In this document: positions 1-11,200 of the stretch, piece after piece
Layout: each line of letters starts with the position of its first letter
How positions within the stretch are numbered: position 1 is the stretch's first letter
NCBI GenBank assembly: GCA_004431415.1
Contig: QPMI01000017.1
Coordinates: forward strand, 62,001-126,000
Direction: 5' to 3'
Length of the DNA stretch: 64,000 nucleotides
Source: Cyanophora paradoxa CCMP329
Taxonomy: Eukaryota > Plantae > Glaucophyta
Notes under the pieces: generated by a model
The model's database searches: none
What the model was told of the DNA's origin: nothing
What the model saw: the letters and a program-made list of their open reading frames with translations, nothing else
Position numbers and translations under genes: made by a program

Positions 1-360
1 CAGCCGCGGAGATGGAGGCAGCGAGCCCCACCAAAAGCACAAGGATCAACGGCGTGGCGGAGCGCGCCATCTCGATGGCGGTACAGCAGGTGCTGCAGCT
101 GCTTTAGATCTGCAGCTGCAGGCGATTGCCACGCCCTCCAAGTCAGCGAACTTCGAAATTCGAAAATTCGCTGACCTCGTCAATATTTGTGCGGGTGCGG
201 TCTGACCTCGAGCCCGGTGACGTGTATATATACGTAACTTGACCAGCTGCATATGCATGCACGCAGGAGTCGAATTCAGAAACGGAACGCGAAACGGCTA
301 GCAGTCATCAGTGATATGGGCCGAGCGATGAAACTCCACAAATTAACCGGTTGCGGCTGA

Positions 361-787
361 AAACCGTTTCGCGAAACGTTGCAATTGATCATGATGATAA
401 TTTTCAAATTTAACGCGTCCGGCGTCTTAATTAATCTAAAAACGTTTCGCGAAACGTTGCAATTGATCGTGATGATGCATATGACTTTCAAACGCGTCCG
501 TCGTTTTTGAGTGTCCAGACGACGTCGACGCGACCGCGAATGATCCGAATTCACGAACGCGAAACAGATCAAGCTTAAAGCTTAAGCTTGCACAACCAAC
601 TAATACTATGATAATTGAAATGAACGGTTCGTGAACAAAACCACTTCGGTGTTTTTGTTTTGCACCGTAGACGTAGGACCAGTTCACACGATTCACGTTG
701 TGATTCACGTCCAACGGCCGGTTCCGTGACGTTGATCCATCACCCTTGGTCAGGGCCACCCCGACAAGAAACGTTTCGCGAAACGTT
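361..787. repeat. AT-richer repeat block with three copies of the 18-bp palindrome AACGTTTCGCGAAACGTT and a 78-bp tandem unit
   Basis: Copies at 363-380 (1 mismatch), 441-458 and 770-787. 361-421 resembles 439-500. Confidence 0.8.
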
Positions 788-1175
788 CCGAAGTTCATTC
801 AACCACTTTCAATTCAATGATTGAGCGTCGAATATGATTCCTCGACCCAATATTGCCAGAGTAGGGTATATGCTACTGCAACACCACTTTCGACTGCGTT
901 CGACTACTTGTTTTCGCCAATACCACTTTTGAAACCACAATGGTTTTGACTTCGTCAAATTTCTCGGCTAATTCAGTTCTTTCGCGCTCAATTTCTTTTG
1001 ATCGCCCTCAAAAATCAATGCCATGATGGTTTTGACTTGTCAAACTTCTACATCTAGACTAGTACAACGCTGCTTCAAATACCGCGGGTCGACGCTGACG
1101 CCCAGCCTAGCCTGCTGAATTCTCGGAATCGCGTTACTTAACGAAAGAGCCCGAGTCGGGTTCGGGGGGAGGGCG

Positions 1176-4100
1176 TCAGCAGGCGGGCCCCTGCGGCGCG
1201 CCGGCGGACTGGAGGCGGGCGGCAGTGGCGGCGAGGGCGTCGGAGAGCTCCTCGAGCTTCACGGGCTTCGCCAGGAACCTGCCCGCCCCTCAGCCCCGCC
1301 CGCCCCGGCGCGCTGCGCGGGGCGGGGCGGACCCGTCGGTGCCGGCGGCGGCGCACGCCTCTCGGTCCTCGCGCCCCGCGTTCGCCGTCAGCATCTGCCG
1401 CCCCCGTGAGGGCCGCCCCGGCCCGTGTGCCGCGGCGGGGCGCACGATGACGGCGGGGCGGGGCCGGGGGCCCGCCCCGCGAGGATGCTCCGCGCCGCCG
1501 TCAGCCCGTCCATCACCGGCCTGCCGCCCGTCAGGCAGCGCCCGGCGGGGCGGGGCGGGGCGGGCCGCACATCATCCAGTCCATGAGGACGACGTCGTAC
1601 CCCTTGCGGCCCACGGCGGCCACGGCCTCCGCCCCGTTCTCCACCGCGTCGACCCCCTCGTACCCCCTGCGCCGCCTCGGCCCCGGCGCGGGCCCCGGGG
1701 CGGCCGGCGCACAGCTTCTTCAGCATGAGGAGAACGATCTTTCGGTTGAGGGGCTGCGGGGGGTAAGACGAGGGGGAGGTAAGAGAGGGGGGTACGTGCC
1801 TGGTCCTCGGCGAGGAGGATGGAGAGGGGGTACTGCTTGGCGACGTGGGGCCCCGGGGCGCCAGGTGGAAGGACCACGGGCGCCGAAACGGGCGCTGGAA
1901 GCCGTGCCGCCGCGGCGAAGCGGGCGCCTGTGTTTGTGAGGGCGTCGGCGAGCTCCTCGAGCTTCACGGGCTTCGCCAGGAACCTGCCCGCCCCTCAGCC
2001 CCGCCCGTGCCGGCGCGCTGCGCGGGGCGGGGCGGGCGGGCCCGTCGGTGCCGGCGGCGGCGCAGGCCTCGCGGTCCTCGCGCCCCGCGTTCGCCGTCAG
2101 CATCTGCCGCCCCCGTGAGGCCCGCCCCGACCCGTGTGCCGCGGCGGGGCGCACGATGACGGCGGGGCGGGGGCCGGGGGCCCGCCCCGCGAGGATGCTC
2201 CGCGCCGCCGTCAGCCCGTCCATCACCGGCCTGCCGCCCGTCAGGCAGCGCCCGGCGGGGCGGGGCGGGGCGGGCCGCACATCATCCAGTCCATGAGGAC
2301 GACGTCGTACCCCTTGCGGCCCACGGCGGCGACGGCCTCCGCCCCGTTCTCCACCGCGTCGACCCCCTCGTACCCCCTGCGCCGCCTCGGCCCCGGCGCG
2401 GGGCCCGCGGCGGCCGGCGCACAGCTTCTTCAGCATGAGGAGAACGATCTTCCGGTTCATCGGCTGCGCCGCGTTAGGGGGCGGGGGGGGGGGGGGGGAG
2501 GGAAGAGGGGGGTACGTGCCTGGTCCTCGGCGAGAAGGATGGAGAGGGGGTACTGCTTCGCGACGTGGGGCCCCGGGGCGCCGGCGGGCGGCGCGGCGGG
2601 GGCCGGGGCGGGCGCCTGGGCCCCTCCTTCCGGGGCGAGGAGGGCGGCGAGGGCGCGGAACACTGCGGCGCCTCAGCTGCGGCGCGGCCGGCGCGGCGGG
2701 CGCGGCCGGCGCACGCTTCGCCTGCGCGAGGGGCAGCTGCAGCGTCGCCACGCGGGGCGCCGGCTCGCCGGGCCCGCCGGCGGGCCGGGGCCCGAGGTGG
2801 CGCCTCCCGAAGACTCGCCGAAGGGCCGGCGGCACGAGGGGCAGGCGTCGGCGCCGCCGGGGGCGGGGCCGGGGCGGCGGGGCCGGCGGGGCCGGGGAGG
2901 GCGGCGGGGCGGGTGAGGAGGAGAAACCGGATGTGCGGGGCGGCGGCGGGGTCGAGGCCGGCGGGGCCGGCGCGTCGGCGATGAGGGCGGCGGGGAGGGC
3001 GGCAGGGGGCCACTCTGCGGCGGCGGCGACGGCGGCGCGCAGGCCGTCCGCGTCGGTGGGCGCCTCGCTCGCCTCCGCGCCCCACGCCGCCAGCTGCCGG
3101 GCGGGCCTCGACGGGGGCCGGCGGGGCGGGGCGGGCGGGGCGGGCGGGGGCGCCTGGTCGCGGAGGTAGCGGCGGCGGGTGTCGTTGGCGACGGCGACGA
3201 TGCAGCGCCGCCCCGCGAGCGCCGCCGCCGGCCCCTCCGGCACCTCCGGCCCAGGGCCGGCCCGGGCTCGGGCGCCGCCTACGGGTGGGGCGCTCGAAGC
3301 GGGGCGGCGGGGCGGGGCGGCGGGGCGGGCACGGGGAGGGAGAGGGCGACGGTGAAGGCGGAGCCGCAGCCGGCGCCGGCGCTCTCGACGCTCAGTTCGC
3401 CGCCGAGCAGCCGCGCGAGGTTCTGCGACAGGAAGAGGCCGATCCCCGTCCCCTCGAAGTGCCGCGTCCGCGTCTGGTCGAGCTGCGAGAAGAACCCAAA
3501 GAGCTTCGCCTGCGCCCCCGTCGGCGGCGGCGGGGCCGGCGCCGGCGGGGCGGGCGGGGCGGACGCGGTCCTCGGGGCGGATGCCGCAGCCGGTGTCGGC
3601 GACGGTGAGGCGGAGGGGCCAGCGCCCGTCGGGGCCGGCCGGCCCGCACTCCGCCACCAGCGCCACCCCGCCCTTCGCCGTGAACTTGATCGCGTCTGCC
3701 GCCCCGTCGCCCGCGCGGCGCGGCGCGGCGCGGCGCGGCCGGCGCGGCGCGGGCGCACTGCCGACCTGCGAGGGGCGCGTCAAGCGAGGCGGGGAGGGGC
3801 GGGGCGGGCGGGGCGGGCGGACGAGGTTGATGAGGATCTGACGGAGGCGGCGGGCGTCGGAGAGGAGGCGCGGGCAGCGCGGCGGCACGTAGAGCGCCAG
3901 CTCCAGCCCCTTCCCCTGCCCGCCCGTCGCCCGGGCGGGGCGGGCGGGGCGGGGCGGGAGGACGGCGGCGGCGGGGGCGAGGAGGTCCGTCACGCCCTCA
4001 ACGAGCTCCCGCAGCGCGAACGGCGCCGCCTCCACCTCTGCCCGTCCCCTCAGCGCCCCCGCGCGGGCCATGGCGGGGCGGGCGGCGCGCCGAGGTTGCC

Positions 4101-7100
4101 CCGCTCGATCTTGCCGCAGTCTGCGCGGCGCGGCACGCGTCAGCGGCGGGGCGGGGCGGGCGGGCGGGGCGGGGCGGGCCGAGGATCTGGGAGACGAGGT
4201 CGACGAGGGCGCCGCCGGAGGCGAGCATCGTCTCCAGGTACCCTGCGCGCGCCTCGCGCCCGGCCCGGCCCGGCGCGGGGCGAGCGGCGGGGCGCACGCG
4301 CTGGGTGGCGTCGAGGGGCGTGTCGAGGAGCAGGCGCCCGAGGCCCAGCACCGACTGCATCGGCGTCCGCAGCTCGTGCGCTGCCGCCGGAGTCGCACCG
4401 CGGCCGGGCGCCGTGCCGGGGCGGGGCGGCGCACTGACGACGGCGAGGAAGTTGGCCTTGGCGCGGGCCGCCGCCTCCGCCGCCGTCCGCGCCTCCACCA
4501 GCTCCGCGTTCTGACGCGCCAGCTGCGCCCGCCCGCCCGCTCGGCCCCGCCCGGCGCGGACCGGGCGGGGCGGGCGGGGCGGGCCTGCTGGCGCTGCTCG
4601 CGCTCGCGGTGGAAGGCGCGGGCGTGGGCGAGGGCGGTGGAGAGCTGGTGGGCGACCTCGCGCAGCAGCTCCCGCTCCGCCCCGCCCCAGCGCCGCCCTC
4701 CCGGCTGAACACCTCCACCGTCCTGCGCCCGCACTGAGCCGCCAGGCAGCGCCCCGCCGCCCGGGCGGGCGCACCCCATGACCTCGCCCCGTAAGCGATC
4801 GTGTGCGCGAGGAACGCCCTGCGCCCCGCTCGCGGAGGGCCGGCGGGCGGGGCGGGCTCGGGGCGCGCGCCTGGCGCCGTGCTCGACGCAGGCCTGCGCG
4901 TAGGGCGCGGCGCCGCCCTCGAGCTGCTCGACCTGCGCGGCGTCGGCGGGGCGGGGCCGGGGGCGGGCGGGGCGGGCGGGGCGCGCGTCTTCGACGGCGA
5001 GCGGCTCGTCGGAGGCGCCGCGCTCGAGCAGCGCCGCCATCGGCCCCGCGAAGCTGCCCCGGCACGCCGGCTCGGCCCGGCCCGGGCGGCGGGGCGGGCG
5101 GGGCAGGGCGGGGGCGCGGGGGTACCGGGAATCGGCGTAGAGGGCGTCGACGGCGGCGAGGTCGGGGAGGGCCTGGGCGAGGGGCACCTGCCCCGCCGCC
5201 CGCGCCCGCTCCGACAGGTGCTCCGCCAGCGCCTCCGTCCGCCCCGCCCCGCCCTCCGCGAAGCTCCGCAGCACCACGCGGTCGGCCCGCAGCGCCGGGC
5301 CGAGCGCGCTCGCCGCCGCCTCCAGCACGGGGCCCGTGTCCAGCGACCGCCGCACCGCCTCCGTCACCGTCGACAGGAACCGCGCCCGCGCCAGCGCGTC
5401 CTGCGGCCGCGCGACCGTCGGCCGAGGGCGGGACAGGTGGGAAGGGCGGGGGCGGCCATGCGGGCGGGCCTGGAGGCGGGCGTGGTCGCGGGCGTGGGCG
5501 AGGGCGGCGCCGAGCTCGCCGGCGACGTCGGTGAAGAAGGCGGCGTGCTCCTGGAGGCCCTCCGGCCCGCACTCTGACGCGTCCACGAACTCCGTGATCG
5601 CCCTGCCCCCCGCGCCCCGCTCTGCGCCCCGCAAAGGGAGACGGGAGCGCGCGAGAGAATCGGCGCACCCCATCAGCTCCCCGCGGTATGCGACGCCTTG
5701 CGCCAGGCAGAGCCTGCGCGCGCGAGAGAGAGAGAGTGAGGCCGGAAAGGGCCTGCGCCTGCCTCGGCCCCCGCACCCCATGCCGCCGTCGCGGAGGACG
5801 GAGCAGAAGGATACGAAGGCGGGCGAGGCGGGATCCTCGCCGGGAAGCAGCTCGTCCAGGCGCTGCACGCAGAACCTGCGGGGGGTCGGGAGGGCGGAGG
5901 GGACCGGTGCGGCGCGGGCGCACTGGAAGGGGTGCTCCCGGGCGGTGCGCACGGCCTCGTCCCTCCGGCGCTGCATCAGCGGCTCGTTCAGCAGCTTCGG
6001 CAGCGCAGTCGACTCCGGCAGCCCTGCGGCACGCGCGGCTCGCGCGGTTGGCGAGGCGGGGCGGCGGGAGGCGGGGCGAGCGCGCCGGGGCGCTCGAAGA
6101 AGGCGGCACGGCCGCGCTGGTTGTTCTCGAACTCCCGCACGATCACCCTGCTCGCGGTGGGCGGCCGGCGGCGCGGGCGGGGCGGGGCGGGGCGGACCGG
6201 GAGGAGCGGAGGGACTCGCCGATGGCATCGGCGGCGGCCTGCAGGACGACGCCCGTCTCGAGGCTGCTGTTCGCCGCCGCCACGATCCGTGCCCGCGCCG
6301 CCGACCGCGCCAGCGCCGCCCGCAGCTCCGCCTCCCGCCCGTGCAGCTGCCCCGCCCTCAGCCGCCCCCGCGCCGCCCGGGGCGGGGCGGGGCGGGCGGA
6401 CCCGGGCGAGCTGCTCGCGCTCGCGGCGGCGGGCGGCGCGCAGGGCGAGGCCGGCGCCGAGCAGCGCCGCCTGCGCGGCGGCCCGTCAGCGGCGGCGGCG
6501 GCGGCGGCGGCGACGGCCGGCGGCGGGGCGCACGACGGCGTCGAGGCGCTCGCGGTCCTTCGCGCTCCACGCCCGCGGGCCCGCGCTCAGCGCCGCCACC
6601 GCCGCCGCCGGCGGCCCGCCCGGCCCCGCCGCCACCTCCCGCCGCAGCTCCGCCCCCGGCACCGCCGGCGGCGGCTCCGGCCGCCCTGGCCCCGGCGTCG
6701 AACGCGATGGGGAGGAGCTGCTGGCGGGGCGCGCACGGGACACGAGCGCGGCGTCGGCGGCGCCGTGACTGGCGAGGGAGCGGACGCGAGTCCTGCGCCG
6801 GCGTGGGGCGCGGCGCGGGGGCGCCGGCGGGGCGGCGGACCAGTCGGCGGGGACGAGGGCGGCGAGGGCGGCGGCGGCCGCTTCGAAGAGCGCCGCCTCC
6901 TCCGCGCCGGCCGCCACCTGCCCCGCCCGTCACGCCGGGCGCCGGCGGGCGGGGCGGGGCGGGGCGCGCGTGGGCGGCGAGGCCGGTGAGGGCGGCGGCG
7001 GCGCAGGGGCGCGGGGGCGGCTCGGGGGCGGGCGCGGTGCGGCGAGCGCGAGCTCCATCTGCGGGGGTGAGGGGCGGGGCGGCGGGAAGGGGCTGGGGCC

Positions 7101-8006
7101 GGGGCCGGGGCCGGGGCGGGCCTCCTGGGCGAAGGCGAGGAGGGCGCCGGCGTCTCTCTGGCCCCACGCCCGCGGCTCGTCCGCGTACACCTCCACCGCC
7201 CCGCCCCCCACGCACGCCACCAGCGCCGCCCGCAGCCCCTCCCTGCGCCCCGCCCCGCCTCGGCCCGGTCCGCAGGCCCGCAGGACGGCGCCGGCCGCGC
7301 TGCGGTGCGCACCGGTCGGCGTAGTGGAGGGACGCTGTCTCCCACGCCGGGATGGCCGCCTGCAGGTCAGGAATCGCTGCGCTCGCGCCGGCAGCCTCGC
7401 CCGCGGAGCCCGCCCGCAGCCGCGACCTCAGGCACCGGCGCAGCGCCTCGGGCGCCGGTCCCTCTGGCAGATGCGACCACCCGCGAGCGCCAGCGGCGAG
7501 CTGGAACGAGACAGGGAGCTCCAGCGGATCGCTCCTCGCGCGCGCGCAATCGCTGCCGCAACTGGCCGCGTGCGAATTCGAATGCGCAGCCGCGGGACCC
7601 GCGAACCGCGCGACCACCCTGCACATGAATCGTGAGAAGCGACCTCTTGGAGCGAAAACAAGGACGATGCACACCTCGTCGCGTTGTACGTCTGCATGAG
7701 CACCTCAGCGGCGCGGGCGCCGGTGGAAGGGACATTTGACGCGAGAGCGCTCCCGCCAGCTCTGCGAAGCTCGACGTAGAGTCTGCGAGGCGCGCGAGCG
7801 TATCGGCTCGCCCGTATCGCCCGCTGCGCACGGCGAGTCCGCATCGCGCACCGCCCCGCGCTCTCGAAGAAGTCGAAACTACCGAAATTCGGATCCTTGG
7901 TATCTTCCCGAAGCTTGAGGGCGCCCTCGGTGATGCCAGCTGCGGGTCCGTCTTCATTCATAGCGGCAGCGAGGGACAGCCTCCGCATGTGTGTTCCGTG
8001 GCACAT
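1176..8006 (-). CDS. Multi-GAF hybrid histidine kinase, left copy (GAFs-HisKA-HATPase-degenerate REC-REC-REC), >25 introns
   Basis: Spliced motifs: ANFLAVVT-HELRTP (H box), LRQILINLVGNAIKFT (N box), VADTGCGI (G1), FEGTGIGL (G2). Two receiver domains ILLAEDQ...DVVLMDWMMPVMDG...MLTANA...FLAKP. GAF signatures RRSLD..ADRVV and RRW...ERELLREVAHQL. A few 1-nt homopolymer frameshifts. Confidence 0.9.
1180..2585 (-). repeat. Tandem duplication (period about 715 bp) of the receiver-domain exon/intron module
   Basis: About 1240-1863 is nearly identical to about 1945-2582, introns included. Confidence 0.95.
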
Positions 8007-8255
8007 CGGAGTCGCCTAGCGCGCTGCAGATGCCGCTGCAGCGTGCATACGTGCGCATGTGCGCAGCGGATGGGCTGGGCTGGATCAAATTCCCTTTTTT
8101 CAAACTCGTGACTTTTTCCAGCGTGGGGTAGAGGTCTCAGCTTGGGGTAGAGGTCTCAGATCAAATTCTCCATGGCCGTCGCGATGTAACTCTCTCGAGC
8201 TATGCGCGCGCGCGAACGCTCATCTGCAGCCCCGCCTGCAGCGTGAGCAGCATAA
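8007..8255. promoter_or_regulatory. Putative shared bidirectional promoter of the kinase pair
   Basis: 249 bp between divergent ATGs. Central 17-bp direct repeat tggggtagaggtctcag (8124-8140, 8143-8159). GATCAAATTC at 8083-8092 and 8159-8168. Confidence 0.55.
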
Positions 8256-11200
8256 ATGTGTTACGGAGAACGCATGCGACGGGCGTCTCTGGGTTTCGTT
8301 GCCGCCATGGAAGCGGGATCCGCAGCTGGGAGCGCTCAGAGCGCTTTCAAAAGTCGAGAAGATTGCGAAGGGCCAAGTTCTTGCGGCGGCTTCTTCGAGA
8401 GCGCTGGGCGGTGCGCGAAATCTTTCTCCCGCCACCCGCGCTATAGCTAGCGCGCGCTCCATGCGCTTTCGAACGAGCGCCCGCGCGCCTCGCAGACTCT
8501 ACGTCGAGCTTCGCAGAGCTGGCGGGAGCGCTCTCGCGTCAAATGTCCCTTCCACCGGCGCCCGCGCCGCTGAGGTGCTCATGCAGACGTACAACGCGAC
8601 GAGGTGTGCATCGTCCTTGTTTTCGCTCCAAGAGGTCGCTTCTCACGATTCATGTGCAGGGTGGTCGCGCGGTTCGCGGGTCCCGCGGCTGCGCATTCGA
8701 ATTCGCACGCGGCCAGTTGCGGCAGCGATTGCGCGCGCGCGAGGAGCGATCCGCTGGAGCTCCCTGTCTCGTTCCAGCTCGCCGCTGGCGCTCGCGGGTG
8801 GTCGCAGCTTCCGGAGGGACCGGCGCCCGAGGCGCTGCGCCGGTGCCTGAGGTCGCGGCTGCGGGCGGGCTCCGCGGGCGAGGCTGCCGGCGCGAGCGCA
8901 GCGATTCCTGACCTGCAGGCGGCCATCCCGGCGTGGGAGACAGCGTCCCTCCACTACGCCGACCGGTGCGCACCGCAGCGCGGCCGGCGCCGTCCTGCGG
9001 GCCTGCGGACCGGGCCGAGGCGGGGCGGGGCGCAGGGAGGGGCTGCGGGCGGCGCTGGTGGCGTGCGTGGGGGGCGGGGCGGTGGAGGTGTACGCGGACG
9101 AGCCGCGGGCGTGGGGCCCGAGAGACGCCGGCGCCCTCCTCGCCTTCGCCCAGGAGGCCCGCCCGGCCCCGGCCCTGGCCTCGGCCCCGGCCCCGCCGCC
9201 CCGCCCCTCACGCCCCGCAGATGGAGCTCGCACTCGCCGCCCCGTGCCCGCCCCCGAGCCGCCCCGCGCCCCTGCGCCGCCGCCGCCCTCACCGGCCTCG
9301 CCGCCCACGCGCGCCCCGCCCCGCCCCGCCCGCCGGCGCCCGGCGTGACGGGCGGGGCAGGTGGCGGCCAGGGCCGAGGAGGCGGCGCTCTTCGAAGCGG
9401 CCGCCGCCGCCCTCGCCGCCCTCGTCCCCGCCGACTGGTCCGCCGCCCCGCCGGCACCCCCGCGCCGCGCCCCACGCCGCCGCAGGACCCGCGTCCGCTC
9501 CCTCGCCAGTCACGGCGCCGCCGACGCCGCGCTCGTGTCCCGTGCGCGCCCCGCCCGCCGCTCCTCCCCATCGCGTTCGACGCCGGGGCCAGGGCGGCCG
9601 GAGCCGCCGCCGGCGGTGCCGGGGGCGGAGCTGCGGCGGGAGGTGGCGGCGGGGCCGGGCGGGCCGCCGGCGGCGGCGGTGGCGGCGCTGAGCGCGGGCC
9701 CGCGGGCGTGGAGCGCGGAGGACCGCGAGCGCCTCGACGCCGTCGTGCGCCCCGCCGCCGGCCGTCGCCGCCGCCGCCGCTGACGGGCGGCGGCGCAGGC
9801 GGCGCTGCTCGGCGCCGGCCTCACCCTGCGCGCCGCCCGCCGCCGCGAGCGCGAGCAGCTCGCCGGGTCCGCCCGCCCCGCCCCGCCCGGGCGGCGCGGG
9901 GCGGCGGCTGAGGGGCGGGCAGCTGCACGGGCGGGAGGCGGAGCTGCGGGCGGCGCTGGCGCGGTCGGCGGCGCGGGCACGGATCGTGGCGGCGGCGAAC
10001 AGCAGCCTCGAGACGGGCGTCGTCCTGCAGGCCGCCGCCGATGCCATCGGCGAGTCCCTCCGCTCCTCCCGGTCCGCCCGCCCCGCCCCGCCCGCCCCGC
10101 CGGCCGCCCACCGCGAGCAGGGTGATCGTGCGGGAGTTCGAGAACAACCAGCGCGGCCGCGCCGCCTTCTTCGAGCGCCCCGGCGCGCCCGCCCCGCATC
10201 CCGCCGCCCCGCCTCGCCAACCGCGCGAGCCGCGCGTGTCGCAGGGCTGCCGGAGTCGACCCCGCTGTCGAAGCTCATGGAGGAGAACCCGTTCATGCGG
10301 CGCCGCCGCGAAGAGGCCTCCCGCGCCTCCCTCGCAGACCCGTTCGCGTGCGCCCCGCCCGCCCGCCGGCCCGAGACGCCGCCGCTCCCGCCCTCAGACC
10401 CTGTCTCGCAGGTTTAGCGTGCAGCGCCTGGACGCCGTCCTCCCGGAGGAGGACCCCGCCTCGCCCGCCTTCGTATCCTTCTGCTCCGTCCTCCGCGACG
10501 GCGGCATGGGGTGCGCCTCTTCCGCCTCCCCAAGCGTCCGCGCCTTCCAGCGAGCCCGCGCGCAGGCTCTGCCTCACTCAGGGGGTTCCTTACCGCAACG
10601 AGCTCATCGGGTGCGGTCGCGCGCAGCCGCCGCGTCGTCGTTTGCAGAGCGCGGCGCAGGGGCATCACGGAGTTCGTGGACTCGTCCGAAGGCGGGACTG
10701 AGACGCTGGAGGAGCACGCGAAGTTCTTCGCCGATGTGGCGGGGGAGCTCGCCGCCGCCCTCGCCCACGCCCGCGCCCACGCCCGCCTTCAGGCCCGCCC
10801 CGCCCCGCCCCGCCCTTCCTTTCTGCCCGGCCGAAGCCTCGGACCGACGGTCGCGCGGCCGCAGGAGGCGCTGGCGCGGGCGCGGTTCCTGTGCGCGGTG
10901 ACGGAGGCGGTGCGGCGGTCGCTGGACACGGGCCCCGTGCTGGAGGCGGCGGCGAGCGCGCTCGGCCCGGCGCTGCGGGCCGACCGCGTGGTGCTGCGGA
11001 GCTTCGCGGAGGGCGGGGCGGGGCGGACGGAGGCGCTGGCGGAGCACCTGTCGGAGCGGGCGCGGGCGGCGGGGCAGGTGCCCCTCGCGCAGGCCCTCCC
11101 CGACCTCGCCGCCGTCGACGCCCTCTACGCCGAGTCCCGGTACTCCCCCGCGCCCCCGCCCCGCCCCGTCCCCAGCTGGGCCTGGGCCGGGCCGAGCCGG

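Noticed and set aside
361-500. CRISPR-like palindromic repeats
   Set aside because: Only two adjacent units, the spacers are related to each other, there are no cas genes, and the context is eukaryotic.
4238-4795. Single-base frameshifts in the kinase copies (also near 1460, 14105 and VPS41 near 21780)
   Set aside because: Those I could localise by paralogue comparison fall in G/C homopolymers, typical of long-read consensus error. They are not evidence of pseudogenes or programmed frameshifting without reads.
1720-7324. Very long Arg/Pro/Gly-rich ORFs (1502 aa, 662 aa; also 1040 aa at 58055-61177)
   Set aside because: Artefacts of very high GC (few stops) reading through introns or antisense frames; the real motifs switch frame at splice sites.
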